This document shows positions 49,659 through 59,089 of a DNA stretch of 64,000 nt, in pieces. This stretch comes from Escherichia phage PNJ-9. The stretch is taken from sequence record PQ100635.1; one strand, written 5' to 3'. The stretch's first letter is position 1; each line of letters starts with the position of its first letter. The position numbers and the translations under genes were made by a program. The notes beneath the pieces were generated by a model. It had not been told where the DNA came from, made no database searches, and was given only the letters and a program-made list of their open reading frames with translations.

Positions 49659-50285
49659 ATGTACAAATATACGTTTACCGTACGTTTAGGCGATAAAGAA
49701 GTGAATTGTAGAGCCTTTACTTTAAAAGAATATTTAGGACTCATAGGTGCACGGGCTACCGGTACTATTGAATCAGCAGTGAACAATATTATCACTAATT
49801 GCTCTAATGCTAAAAACTTGACTAAACAAGAAGCCGAGCTATTGTTGGTAAATCTTTGGGCACATTCATTAGGTGAAGTGAATCAAGAACACACCTGGAA
49901 TTGTTCCTGTGGGCATTCATTTCAAGTCTATATGAATTTATTGCACACTCAATTAGATGAACAGGCCGATCCCTGGTATTCGTTCAGCGGTATTAAAATT
50001 AAGTTCCGTCAACCTAAATTATTTGATGATAAAAATATAGCATTAATGATTGCTTCGTGTATTGAGGCCGTTTTTGTCAATGGAGAGTCTATCCCTGTTG
50101 AAGATTTAACTGAAGCAGAAATAAACGACCTTTACGGTCTTATAACAGAAGATGACATGATCAATATTAAAAATCTTTTGGTATCGCCATCAATTTATCT
50201 GGCAACCCCTATTAAATGTCCCAAATGTGGGGCGTCACACGTTCACACAATACGAGGCCTCAAAGAATTCTTTGAGTTACTATAA
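49659..50285 (+). CDS. 26: baseplate hub subunit gp26
   Basis: 208 aa, same length as T4 gp26; divergent from gene 51. Confidence 0.85.
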   Translation: MYKYTFTVRLGDKEVNCRAFTLKEYLGLIGARATGTIESAVNNIITNCSNAKNLTKQEAELLLVNLWAHSLGEVNQEHTWNCSCGHSFQVYMNLLHTQLDEQADPWYSFSGIKIKFRQPKLFDDKNIALMIASCIEAVFVNGESIPVEDLTEAEINDLYGLITEDDMINIKNLLVSPSIYLATPIKCPKCGASHVHTIRGLKEFFELL

Positions 50286-50683
50286 TGTCTAATATCAATA
50301 AACTTTATTCAGATATCGACCCAGAAATGCGTATGGATTGGAACAAGGACGTTGCTCGTTCTGTAGGACTTCGTTCTATTAAAAATAGTCTTCTTGGCAT
50401 AGTGACAACTAGAAAAGGCTCACGCCCCTTCGACCCTGAATTTGGATGCGATTTGGTCGACGAACTTTTCGAGAACATGACACCACTTACAGCCGATACG
50501 ATTGAGCGTAATATCCAGGCAGCTGTTCGTAACTATGAACCACGCATCGACAAACTTTCTGTAAGCGTAACGCCAGTATATGATGACTATACGGTTATAG
50601 TAGAGATTAGATTTTCGGTCGTAGACAACCCTGACGATATTGAACAAATTAAACTTCAGTTAGCGTCAAGCAATAGAGTGTAA
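50285..50683 (+). CDS. 25: baseplate wedge subunit gp25
   Basis: 132 aa, same length as T4 gp25. Confidence 0.85.
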   Translation: MSNINKLYSDIDPEMRMDWNKDVARSVGLRSIKNSLLGIVTTRKGSRPFDPEFGCDLVDELFENMTPLTADTIERNIQAAVRNYEPRIDKLSVSVTPVYDDYTVIVEIRFSVVDNPDDIEQIKLQLASSNRV

Positions 50684-50708
50684 TGCTTCAAGGCAACCTA
50701 TGTATAAT
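50682..50708 (+). promoter_or_regulatory. MotA-dependent middle promoter of uvsY
   Basis: MotA box aaTGCTTCA (50682-50690), 12-bp spacer, TATAAT 50703-50708, at the gene 25/uvsY junction as in T4. Confidence 0.65.
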
Positions 50709-50763
50709 GGTTTTAGGTCCTTCCGATACAGCCGGGAGATTATTAGTTAAAAGAGAGAACATT

Positions 50764-51177
50764 ATGAAGCTGGAAGATTTACAGGAAGAGTTAGACGCAG
50801 ACTTAGCTATTGATATGACAAAGTTGCAATATGAGACGGCGAATAATGTTAAGTTATACAGCAAATGGCTACGTAAGCACTCATTTATTCGTAAAGAAAT
50901 GTTGCGTATAGAGACTCAGAAGAAAACTGCTCTAAAAGCAAGATTAGACTACTACTCGGGACGAGGTGACGGTGATGAATTCAGTATGGACCGATACGAG
51001 AAATCTGAAATGAAAACTGTCCTGGCTGCAGATAAAGATGTGCTTAAAATAGAGACTACTTTACAATACTGGGGAATTTTACTTGAGTTCTGTAGTGGTG
51101 CACTTGACGCAGTTAAGTCTCGTAGTTTTGCACTTAAACATATCCAAGATATGCGAGAATTTGAAGCGGGGCAATAA
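50764..51177 (+). CDS. uvsY: recombination mediator UvsY
   Basis: 137 aa from ATG 50764 (track ORF 50683 is a spurious upstream extension); M.LEDLQEEL...D.TKLQYE.ANNV.LYSKWL.KHS matches T4 UvsY. Confidence 0.9.
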   Translation: MKLEDLQEELDADLAIDMTKLQYETANNVKLYSKWLRKHSFIRKEMLRIETQKKTALKARLDYYSGRGDGDEFSMDRYEKSEMKTVLAADKDVLKIETTLQYWGILLEFCSGALDAVKSRSFALKHIQDMREFEAGQ

Positions 51178-51401
51178 TGCGTTATTCGATTGAAGATGCC
51201 TTTAATAATGATGAAGAATTTGAAACTGAAATTAAATTCTTAATGGAAAAGTATCGTCTACGTCGCCAGGATATTCGTATTCTGGCAGACCACCCTTGTG
51301 GCGAAGACGTCCTTTATATTAAAGGGAAGTTTGCCGGGTACATCGACGAGTATTTTTATACAAAAGATATGGGTATCGATATGTGCATGCGAGTAGTATA
51401 A
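51177..51401 (+). CDS. hypothetical protein (74 aa)
   Basis: ORF overlapping uvsY stop (ATGA). Confidence 0.5.
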   Translation: MRYSIEDAFNNDEEFETEIKFLMEKYRLRRQDIRILADHPCGEDVLYIKGKFAGYIDEYFYTKDMGIDMCMRVV

Positions 51402-51404
51402 ATA
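51397..51404 (+). promoter_or_regulatory. late promoter TATAAATA
   Basis: Exact TATAAATA 30 bp upstream of small ORF at 51434. Confidence 0.45.
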
Positions 51405-51433
51405 GATATGTAATTTCAACTTAGGAGGCAATC

Positions 51434-51601
51434 ATGTCAGATAAGATTTGTGTTGTCTGTAAAACTCCAATCGATTCTACATTGGTTGTTGAAACAGACA
51501 AAGGACCAGCACATCCTGGGCCTTGTTATAATTATGTCCAACAAATGCCGGTTTCAGAAAGTTCAGAAGAGCAATTGAACGAAACCCAACTTTTACTATA
51601 G
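51434..51601 (+). CDS. small Cys-containing protein (55 aa), below the ORF-track length cutoff
   Basis: Strong AGGAGG RBS 6 nt upstream of ATG 51434; CVVC...PGPC could form a zinc ribbon; stop TAG 51599-51601. Confidence 0.45.
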   Translation: MSDKICVVCKTPIDSTLVVETDKGPAHPGPCYNYVQQMPVSESSEEQLNETQLLL

Positions 51602-51626
51602 TGTTACCTTTTTTGCCTATGGTTTT

Positions 51627-51656
51627 GGCCCTTCCAAAAAGGTCGGGCCTTTTTTT
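51627..51656 (+). terminator. terminator-like hairpin with U-run
   Basis: GGCCC...GGGCC stem (13-nt loop) followed by UUUUUUU. Confidence 0.4.
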
Positions 51657-51658
51657 AA

Positions 51659-51892
51659 TTAGAAGTCTTCTTCCTCATCCTCATCATCGTCGCCTTCAAG
51701 TTCGGCACGCTTACCTGCTAAGGCATCCCTGACAGAAATATCATCTGTATCTTTTAATTCCGTTTCTTTTATACGTTTCTTATAATAAGCTTCCAATTCT
51801 TCAAGCCCTTCTAAGGTATGACAACTAGCAATTTTACCCATGAATTCGTCAATAGATGCTTCGTATAAAAATTGTTTAAATTCAAGTACCAT
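51659..51892 (-). CDS. uvsW.1: UvsW.1 (small acidic protein downstream of uvsW)
   Basis: 77 aa; MVLEFKQFLYEASIDEFMGKIASC.TLEGLEELEAYYKKR.KETELKDTDDISVRDALAGKRAELE and acidic tail match T4 UvsW.1. Confidence 0.75.
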   Translation of the reverse strand: MVLEFKQFLYEASIDEFMGKIASCHTLEGLEELEAYYKKRIKETELKDTDDISVRDALAGKRAELEGDDDEDEEEDF

Positions 51893-51917
51893 TTTTATCT
51901 CCTAAGGGCCGAAGCCC

Positions 51918-53432
51918 TTATAAATTAATTGTTTTCATTACATAGTTAAATTTCTCATCAGCGTAACGTTGGATACGATCAATACCGTGTTTTAACAAGT
52001 AATTAAGATGAGTATACTTCTTTTTAGTATTTAATGATTTAGGTTTTACACCTGCGTCATCGATGAGATCCCAAACTGTAGCAACAGCTTTAGAACCATG
52101 CTTACGAAGCACGCGACCTACGGTTTGAAGTACGATAATTTTTGATTTAACACCATGGGCGAAAATAACATGATGAAGATTCTTGACTGAAATACCAGTA
52201 GAGAATACTCCATATGATGCGACAATAATAATGCCTTTACCATTTTCTGCCATGACTTTAAGCGCGTTACGTGTTTCAGTATCAACTTCACCTGATACGT
52301 AATAAACTTTTTCGTATCCAAGCTCTTTAATAGCTTCAAATATTTCTTTACCGTGTGTAACGTGTTTAAACATTACAAAGGCGTTCTCGTCTTTCTTAGC
52401 CAATTTGACTGAAAGTTGAGCAATCCACTTTGTACGTCGTTTTAGTCCAGTAATAATTTTAACTTCTTCTTGGTATGTTTTACCTTTTAATTTAACGGCG
52501 AATTCGTCCGGATAACGAAGGAAAATACTATTAATCTTAAGCTCAGTTACCTGTCCGTCTTCCATTAATTTAGACGTGCTAACAGGACGGAAGATTTCGC
52601 CGAACATACCTACGTACTGCATTACATTAGCTTTTCCGTCTCTTAATGAGCCAGATAAACCGAATTTAAACATGCAATTATTTAATCCTGAGATGATTGA
52701 AGAAATACTTTTGCCTGTGGCTAAGTGGCATTCATCGTTCATCATCATACCGAACTGAGAGAACCATTCTTTAGGCTGCTTAACTACTGTTTGCCATGTA
52801 CCAACAATAATTGGAGCGTCGTTTTTAGATTTGTCTGCTTTATCAGCACCACCGCCAATTTTCTTAATCATCGAATGACTAAACAAGCGATAATCAACAA
52901 AATCATTAGCCATTTGGGTTGTCAATGCTGTTGTAGGGACGATAATGAGAATTTTACCTTCATAGTTCTCTAGATAATATCGAGCTAAAAGTGCTTGGAT
53001 TAGTGATTTACCTGCTGATGTCGGAAGGTTTAAAATTCGACGACGGTTAACTAGTCCTTCATATACTGCATCTTTTTGATACCAATGTGGTTCGATTTTG
53101 GCGTTGCCTGAATAAATTTCTTGTTTAGAAAGCCATGCGTCAAAATCTTCCCTGGTAAGGTCTTCTGTCTCAAAGATTTTAGGGTCAATCCATACAGAAT
53201 AACTCATATTGTTACAGAACTTTTTTATTTGTCCTACAAGTCCATATGGTAACAAACGGTTATAATCTAAAAGTCGAATTCTACCATCCCATTGCCCATA
53301 GCGATATTTTGGGTTAAATTTATACCCGTCAGCTTCAAAACTAAAAAAGTCACGAAGTTCGTAAAACGTACTTTCGTCGCATTCAATGCGCACGTGACTA
53401 AAATCATAAAAATGTACTTTAATGTCAGTCAT
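51918..53432 (-). CDS. uvsW: DNA/RNA helicase UvsW (SF2)
   Basis: 504 aa; Walker A (PTSAGKS), DECH box (NDECH), SF2 helicase motifs; length as T4 UvsW. Confidence 0.9.
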   Translation of the reverse strand: MTDIKVHFYDFSHVRIECDESTFYELRDFFSFEADGYKFNPKYRYGQWDGRIRLLDYNRLLPYGLVGQIKKFCNNMSYSVWIDPKIFETEDLTREDFDAWLSKQEIYSGNAKIEPHWYQKDAVYEGLVNRRRILNLPTSAGKSLIQALLARYYLENYEGKILIIVPTTALTTQMANDFVDYRLFSHSMIKKIGGGADKADKSKNDAPIIVGTWQTVVKQPKEWFSQFGMMMNDECHLATGKSISSIISGLNNCMFKFGLSGSLRDGKANVMQYVGMFGEIFRPVSTSKLMEDGQVTELKINSIFLRYPDEFAVKLKGKTYQEEVKIITGLKRRTKWIAQLSVKLAKKDENAFVMFKHVTHGKEIFEAIKELGYEKVYYVSGEVDTETRNALKVMAENGKGIIIVASYGVFSTGISVKNLHHVIFAHGVKSKIIVLQTVGRVLRKHGSKAVATVWDLIDDAGVKPKSLNTKKKYTHLNYLLKHGIDRIQRYADEKFNYVMKTINL

Positions 53433-53461
53433 GTCAAATTACCATGTAATAAATATAGTTA

Positions 53462-53469
53462 TATTTATA
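53462..53469 (-). promoter_or_regulatory. late promoter TATAAATA for uvsW
   Basis: Exact TATAAATA on - strand 30 bp upstream of uvsW start. Confidence 0.55.
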
Positions 53470-53482
53470 ATGAGGAAATACC

Positions 53483-54151
53483 ATGATCGATAAAGACTAT
53501 ATTGAAGAGTTACGTGCTCTTTCTGATAAAAAGGAAGCCAAAGCTAAACTGTTTGAATATGCGGAACAATTTGGCATTAGTGTTAAGAAAACAAAATCAT
53601 TCGACAATATTGTTATTGATATCGAAGAAGCTCTTAACGCACTGGCTGATGAACCATTACCTGAAACTGATGGATTATCTATCACCGATTTAATTACTGC
53701 CGCAGATGATGTGGACGGTGTTAATTTCACCAACGAAGAAGTTAAAGAAGAAGCTATTCTGTTGTTTGATTCTCCAACAGAACAAGTTGAAGTATTAGAA
53801 GTTGTCGAACAAGAAAAAGAATTCGACCATGATAAATTCGAAGAAGCAATTACTCAGGTTGTTGAATCTGAAAAAGAGCCTGAGGCAGAGGTAAATAAAG
53901 AAGTAAAATTTGTTCTGCCTGAAAATTTTAGTCCTACACTCATTAAATTAGGCAAAAGCCCAGGATATGTTACTGTTCCTTGGTGGATTTATCAATGGAT
54001 AGCCGAAACCCCAGATTGGAAATCTCGCCCAACTAGTTTTGTGCATGCTTCTGCTCACCAAACATTATTTAGCTTAATTTATTATATTAATCGCGATGGA
54101 TCAGTTCTAATTCGTGAATCTCGTAATTCTTCTTTCGTAACATTAAAATAA
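53483..54151 (+). CDS. Inh-like protein (putative prohead protease inhibitor), assignment by position
   Basis: 222 aa acidic protein in the T4 inh position next to hoc; GAGGA RBS; sequence homology not verified. Confidence 0.45.
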   Translation: MIDKDYIEELRALSDKKEAKAKLFEYAEQFGISVKKTKSFDNIVIDIEEALNALADEPLPETDGLSITDLITAADDVDGVNFTNEEVKEEAILLFDSPTEQVEVLEVVEQEKEFDHDKFEEAITQVVESEKEPEAEVNKEVKFVLPENFSPTLIKLGKSPGYVTVPWWIYQWIAETPDWKSRPTSFVHASAHQTLFSLIYYINRDGSVLIRESRNSSFVTLK

Positions 54152-54160
54152 GGATAACTT

Positions 54161-55012
54161 ATGGCTTTTACAGTTGATATAACTCCTAAAACCCCTACTG
54201 GAGTTATAGATGAGACTAAGCAGTTTACTGCTACTCCCAGTGGTGAAACTGGAGGTGGAACTATTACCTATGCATGGAGTGTAGACGGTGCTCCTCAAGT
54301 AGGATCGGCAGAAACTTTTGATTATGTGTTAAAAGGACCTGCTGGAACAAAAACAATTAAAGTTGTTGCAACAAATACTATTCCTGATACTGACGCTGAA
54401 ACAGCAGAAATTACTACGACTATCACGGTTAAAAATAAAACTCAGTCAACTACGTTGGCAGTAACTCCTAATAGTCCTGCTGCTGGAGTGATTGGAACTC
54501 CTGTTGAATTTACTGCTGCTTTAGCTTCTCAACCATCAGGCGCATCTGCTACGTATCAGTGGCATGTAGATGATTCTCCTGTTAGTGAAGCAACTTCTGC
54601 TACATTTAATTACACTCCTTCCACAAGCGGAGTTAAAACAATTAAGTGTGTAGCTCAAGTAACCGCGACAGATTATGATGCAAAGGAAGTTACTTCGAAT
54701 GAAGTATCACTGACTGTGAATGATAAAGTTGCTCAAGAACCAGAAGGTGAATTACCTTATGTTCATCCTCTTCCACATCGTACTTCAGCTTACATCTGGT
54801 GCGGTTGGTGGGTTATGGATGAAATCCAAAAAATGACCGAAGAAGGTAAAGATTGGAAAACTGAAGATCCAGATAGTAAATACTACCTGCATCGTTACAC
54901 TCTTCAGAAGATGTTGCAAGATTATCCAGAAGTTGATGTTCAAGAATCACGTAATGGATACATCATTCATAAAACTGCTTTAGAATCTGGTATCATCTAT
55001 ACCTATCAATAA
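54161..55012 (+). CDS. hoc: outer capsid decoration protein Hoc, short form (two Ig-like domains plus capsid-binding domain)
   Basis: 283 aa; first ~180 aa and last ~95 aa near-identical to T4 Hoc (376 aa) as recalled, with one internal Ig-like domain absent. Confidence 0.85.
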   Translation: MAFTVDITPKTPTGVIDETKQFTATPSGETGGGTITYAWSVDGAPQVGSAETFDYVLKGPAGTKTIKVVATNTIPDTDAETAEITTTITVKNKTQSTTLAVTPNSPAAGVIGTPVEFTAALASQPSGASATYQWHVDDSPVSEATSATFNYTPSTSGVKTIKCVAQVTATDYDAKEVTSNEVSLTVNDKVAQEPEGELPYVHPLPHRTSAYIWCGWWVMDEIQKMTEEGKDWKTEDPDSKYYLHRYTLQKMLQDYPEVDVQESRNGYIIHKTALESGIIYTYQ

Positions 55013-55014
55013 TC

Positions 55015-55042
55015 GTAAGGGGCTTCGGCCCCTTTCTTCGTT
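55015..55042 (+). terminator. rho-independent terminator after hoc
   Basis: AGGGGC-UUCG-GCCCCU hairpin followed by U-rich tract. Confidence 0.65.
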
Positions 55043-55113
55043 TTTAAAGCATACAAAACACATCTTGAGATTGATGTGTATAATGGCACAAACCAAATAA
55101 TACGGGATTGATT

Positions 55114-55308
55114 ATGAGAGCTGAAGTTGAAGTTTATACATTACATGAGGCGGGATTTTCATTCGTAGAAATTGCTCAAAAAATCGGTTTACAACCTAAA
55201 GAAGTTGGATTACTATGGACTAAAGCCGAGACAGCTCGGTCAAAGTTTAAAGCAAAAGAAAAAGTTGTATACCGTAAACGTTTGATTAACAAAAAGGTGA
55301 AGAAATGA
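55114..55308 (+). CDS. hypothetical protein (64 aa)
   Basis: Start at ATG 55114 (track start 55108 is TTG); candidate extended -10 TGTATAAT at 55074-55081 upstream. Confidence 0.4.
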   Translation: MRAEVEVYTLHEAGFSFVEIAQKIGLQPKEVGLLWTKAETARSKFKAKEKVVYRKRLINKKVKK

Positions 55309-55556
55309 GTTTTGCACAGGAATTAAGAGAAAGGGCCCTGGCCACTAAAGCCAATTTGTTGAAAGATTTTATTGCTAACTTCTCTGTGATGGCAGAGAAA
55401 GCCGCTGACAAAGGCCAGACACAATTTACATACTATCCGTCAAAGAATGATTTAACTATCACCGAGCAAATCGGGGAGTGGTTCCGTGATAACGGCTTTC
55501 AGTACAAAATTAATCACGACCAGCGTGATGGGCACTGGATAGAAATCAAGTTCTAG
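55305..55556 (+). CDS. hypothetical protein (83 aa)
   Basis: ORF overlapping previous stop (ATGA). Confidence 0.5.
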   Translation: MSFAQELRERALATKANLLKDFIANFSVMAEKAADKGQTQFTYYPSKNDLTITEQIGEWFRDNGFQYKINHDQRDGHWIEIKF

Positions 55557-55557
55557 T

Positions 55558-55584
55558 ATGCTTTACATTTTTTGATGGTATAAT
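55558..55584 (+). promoter_or_regulatory. putative MotA-dependent middle promoter upstream of rnlB
   Basis: MotA box aTGCTTTA (55558-55565), 13-bp spacer, TATAAT 55579-55584. Confidence 0.5.
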
Positions 55585-55675
55585 GAATCTAGGTTCTATC
55601 CATTCAAATTAAACATTGGGTCAGAGATAGAGTCTCTGCTAATTATTTTGATATTATTATTTATAATGGTGATTT

Positions 55676-56683
55676 ATGTTTAAGAAATACAGCAGTCTTG
55701 AAAACCACTACAACTCTAAGTTTATTGAAAAACTCTACACTAATGGTTTGACTACTGGTGTTTGGGTAGCACGTGAGAAAATCCATGGGACCAACTTCTC
55801 GTTAATAATTGAACGTGACAACGTCACATGCGCCAAGCGCACAGGCCCTATTCTTCCAGCAGAAGATTTTTACGGCTATGAAATCGTACTCAAGAAGTAT
55901 GATAAAGCTATTAAAGGTGTTCAAGAAGTCATGGAAAGTATTTCAACTTCAGTGCCGGTGTCATATCAAGTCTTTGGTGAATTCGCCGGTGGTGGAATCC
56001 AGAAAGGTGTTGACTACGGTGAAAAAGATTTTTATGTGTTCGATATCATCATAAACACGGAAAGTGATGATACTTATTATATGAGTGATTACGAAATGCA
56101 AGATTTCTGTAATACGTTTGGTTTTAAAATGGCACCAATGCTTGGTCGTGGAACATTTGATTCTCTTATCATGATTCCAAATGACCTTGATTCAGTCTTA
56201 GCCGCTTATAATGCTACTGCGTCAGAAGACCTTGTCGAAGCAAATAATTGTGTATTTGATGCTAATGTTATTGGCGATAATACAGCAGAAGGTTATGTTC
56301 TGAAGCCTTGTTTCCCTAAATGGCTGCCAAACGGTACTCGTGTAGCTATTAAGTGCAAGAACTCTAAATTCAGTGAAAAGAAAAAGTCTGATAAGCCTAT
56401 TAAAACTCAGGTTCCATTAACCGAAATTGACAAAAACTTGCTTAATGTTCTAGCTTGTTATGTTACATTAAATCGTGTTAATAATGTGATTTCTAAGATT
56501 GGGACTGTAACGCCAAAAGATTTTGGCAAAGTGATGGGATTGACTGTTCAAGATATTCTGGAAGAAACTTCTCGTGAAGGTATTGTATTAACATCATCTG
56601 ATAATCCGAATCTTGTTAAGAAAGAATTGGTCCGAATGGTGCAAGATGTTCTGCGTCCTGCATGGATTGAATTAGTATCATAA
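55676..56683 (+). CDS. rnlB: RNA ligase 2
   Basis: 335 aa; [21 protein letters not shown]...[26 protein letters not shown] (ligase motif I KxHGxN) near-identical to T4 Rnl2. Confidence 0.9.
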   Translation: MFKKYSSLENHYNSKFIEKLYTNGLTTGVWVAREKIHGTNFSLIIERDNVTCAKRTGPILPAEDFYGYEIVLKKYDKAIKGVQEVMESISTSVPVSYQVFGEFAGGGIQKGVDYGEKDFYVFDIIINTESDDTYYMSDYEMQDFCNTFGFKMAPMLGRGTFDSLIMIPNDLDSVLAAYNATASEDLVEANNCVFDANVIGDNTAEGYVLKPCFPKWLPNGTRVAIKCKNSKFSEKKKSDKPIKTQVPLTEIDKNLLNVLACYVTLNRVNNVISKIGTVTPKDFGKVMGLTVQDILEETSREGIVLTSSDNPNLVKKELVRMVQDVLRPAWIELVS

Positions 56684-56717
56684 TAAAAAAAGGGACCTTA
56701 CGGTCCCTTTTTTTTTT
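56684..56717. terminator. bidirectional terminator between rnlB and gene 24
   Basis: A7-AGGGACC-UUAC-GGUCCCU-U10: hairpin flanked by A-run and U-run between convergent genes. Confidence 0.75.
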
Positions 56718-57999
56718 ATTCATCAATGATAATTTTTGGTAGTTTAACACCGAGTAAAACAGACAAGTCTGAACGTCCTGCCATTTTATCCATGTCCCCG
56801 CCATCAATTATTCTCGCTTCTTTTTCATCTTTTGCTACTGTGTAAGGATTTGCTGATAAAGCATATCTAACCAATAATCCGATAGACGGTTGCAAGCTTT
56901 CCGGATCAACTACAACTTTAAATGCACCAACATGTTCTGGGTCATCTAAATCTACTCCTTCAGTGTATGGAGCATAAAAGATGGACCCTACAATTTCTTT
57001 TTCGCCGAGATTTTCTACAACACCCACAATAACATAATCTAATGGGCTGTTGGTATCGCAGTAAAGAGGTAATCCATTTGCCAAGAATCCATAAGCATTT
57101 TGTGAAAGATACTTGTCATCTTCTGGCTTATGTTTTAACCAACCAGAAGCAGCAAGAATAGCAGCTGCACGAGCTGAGGCTACACAAAACGTTGCAGTAT
57201 AAGTTGTCTCTTTTTGAATGTGTGATACCATTTCACACACCATTCGATATAATGAACGACCTGCTTCTGGAGCGGATGCATAGCTCAAGTCAATAAATCC
57301 GGTGTCAGTAATTCCAGTAACTTTATAGCGTTTAGATACAGTAATTAAAGACTGAAGAATATCTTTATTAATTTCATCAGCCATTTCAGTAGCAAGCAAA
57401 TCTTCTAAGAAGTTAGGGGCATCAAATCCATTCGCTTCCAAATCTTGCGCTAATTCAACCGTGAGGCCAGTTTTAAGTTTACGAGATTTGACTGAAGTTT
57501 GCCATTTATTAATCTGGAATCTTGCATCAGAAATTTCGCTACCCGAGCTTTCAAATTTGCTTGTTACCGCTGCATCTGAAAATAACCGTACCTTTAAATG
57601 AACGATTGCAATCTGAAGAGCTAATTCTAGATCACTTTCTTGAATATCTGCAAACGGTGTATCTTCTAACACTTTATAGACGATATTATTATATTTGAAA
57701 AAATCGCCTTTATTTAGTGTGACTTTTGATTCTTCTGTGAGCTCAGTAATTTTTTCTCGGTCTACATATCCAACTTCGCCTGCATAAGTAGCGCCAGTTT
57801 TAAATGTGAATTCGTTATCTGGGTTAAGATATTTGATACCATAAAAAGCAGCAACAGGTTGATTAGTTCTTTGTGTTGCTACAATGTCAGAATATATTAA
57901 TTTAGTCGTAGCGCGAGTCAAAGCAACGAGATTTGGGCGACCAATTGAGTTGCTAGTAGACGTTGTAGATTCACGCAATAATTTTTGGATTTTACTCAT
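56716..57999 (-). CDS. 24: head vertex protein gp24
   Basis: 427 aa, same length as T4 gp24; gp23-like fold family; position between 23 and rnlB. Confidence 0.9.
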   Translation of the reverse strand: MSKIQKLLRESTTSTSNSIGRPNLVALTRATTKLIYSDIVATQRTNQPVAAFYGIKYLNPDNEFTFKTGATYAGEVGYVDREKITELTEESKVTLNKGDFFKYNNIVYKVLEDTPFADIQESDLELALQIAIVHLKVRLFSDAAVTSKFESSGSEISDARFQINKWQTSVKSRKLKTGLTVELAQDLEANGFDAPNFLEDLLATEMADEINKDILQSLITVSKRYKVTGITDTGFIDLSYASAPEAGRSLYRMVCEMVSHIQKETTYTATFCVASARAAAILAASGWLKHKPEDDKYLSQNAYGFLANGLPLYCDTNSPLDYVIVGVVENLGEKEIVGSIFYAPYTEGVDLDDPEHVGAFKVVVDPESLQPSIGLLVRYALSANPYTVAKDEKEARIIDGGDMDKMAGRSDLSVLLGVKLPKIIIDE

Positions 58000-58029
58000 T
58001 GCATTTTTTCCTTATTGAGAATATAATTT

Positions 58030-58037
58030 TATTTATA
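58030..58037 (-). promoter_or_regulatory. late promoter TATAAATA for gene 24
   Basis: Exact TATAAATA on - strand 31 bp upstream of gene 24 start. Confidence 0.55.
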
Positions 58038-58043
58038 AAAGTG

Positions 58044-58076
58044 GTTTACACACAAAAAGCGTTGTGTTACTATAGA
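58044..58076 (+). promoter_or_regulatory. sigma70-type early promoter
   Basis: GTTTACA 58044-58050, TACTATAGA -10 region. Confidence 0.55.
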
Positions 58077-58087
58077 CCTATCAAAAC

Positions 58088-58369
58088 ATGAGGAGATTAA
58101 AAATGAACAAATTAAACTTTATCCGTACCACACTTTCTAACCTTGACAAAGACATCAAAGCTCTGGTAGAAAAATTTGGTACCAATCCTAATGGTAATGC
58201 AGTTAATGCATTGGTTAAGAAATACGAAGCCCTGGCTTATGAAACTGACTTCTGGTGGAACGGTGAATATTCTACCCATACCAAAGACAAATCTGGTAAC
58301 TGGCTGAAAATCCAAGAAAATCGTATTGACTTCCGTGATATCATCAACCGTCGTGTCAAAGCAGCGTAA
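58088..58369 (+). CDS. hypothetical protein (93 aa; may start at ATG 58103)
   Basis: ORF with GAGGAGA RBS after promoter; directly precedes homing endonuclease gene. Confidence 0.45.
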   Translation: MRRLKMNKLNFIRTTLSNLDKDIKALVEKFGTNPNGNAVNALVKKYEALAYETDFWWNGEYSTHTKDKSGNWLKIQENRIDFRDIINRRVKAA

Positions 58370-58372
58370 ATT

Positions 58373-59032
58373 ATGAATTATTTAATTTACAAAATAACCA
58401 ATCTCATTAATAACAAGATTTATATTGGAGCCCATGCCACTACAGATGTTAACGATTCTTATATGGGTTCCGGGGTTAACATAGTAAAATCCATAAAGAA
58501 ATACGGCTTAGAGAATTTTAAAAAGGAAATCCTTTTCAATTTCGAAACATCTGAAGAGATGTATGCTAAGGAAGCCGAACTAGTTGACGAGGCTTTTGTC
58601 ATGAGAACAGATACTTATAATGCCGCCTTAGGCGGCAAGGGTAATCCTGTTATAGTAGCTTTACAGGAACCTGGGTATCGTGAGATGTTATCCGAAAAGA
58701 CAAAAGCTGGTATGACTGAAGAAGTTCGGGCCAAAATATCTAAAAAGAAATTAGGTTCTAAAGAATCTAAAGAACATCGAGAAAACAAATCTATATCAAA
58801 TAAAAAGTTTTATAAAAATAGAGATTCTCATCTTAAAGGTAGAAAACTATCAGAAGAGCATAAAGCAAAAATTAGAAAGAATTCTAATAAAGGTAAGAAA
58901 TTTGTATTTGTGGATATTTCTATTAAAGGTCATGAATTTAACCACTACGATTACGCTGCCGAATTCTTTAACGTATCCGCAAAAACTATAAGAAATTGGA
59001 TTAATGAACGCGATGATTGTTTTAAGCTATAG
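58373..59032 (+). CDS. GIY-YIG homing endonuclease (SegD-like, freestanding between genes 24 and 23)
   Basis: 219 aa; N-terminal GIY-YIG module (YLIYKITN.INNKIYIGAHAT....DSYMGSG) and Lys-rich C-terminal DNA-binding region. Confidence 0.75.
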   Translation: MNYLIYKITNLINNKIYIGAHATTDVNDSYMGSGVNIVKSIKKYGLENFKKEILFNFETSEEMYAKEAELVDEAFVMRTDTYNAALGGKGNPVIVALQEPGYREMLSEKTKAGMTEEVRAKISKKKLGSKESKEHRENKSISNKKFYKNRDSHLKGRKLSEEHKAKIRKNSNKGKKFVFVDISIKGHEFNHYDYAAEFFNVSAKTIRNWINERDDCFKL

Positions 59033-59042
59033 AAACAAGAAT

Positions 59043-59060
59043 GGGAGACCGAAGTCTCCC
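59043..59060 (-). terminator. UUCG-tetraloop hairpin after gene 23 (also 3' of the + strand HEG)
   Basis: On - strand reads GGGAGAC-UUCG-GUCUCCC, identical to hairpins at 19800 and 35568; downstream U-run is weak. Confidence 0.5.
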
Positions 59061-59089
59061 ATAAGGTTATGTATTTTAACGTTAAAGCA

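Noticed and set aside
50683-50763. N-terminal extension of the uvsY ORF (track start 50683)
   Set aside because: Extension spans the middle promoter and lacks an RBS; the conserved UvsY N-terminus begins at ATG 50764
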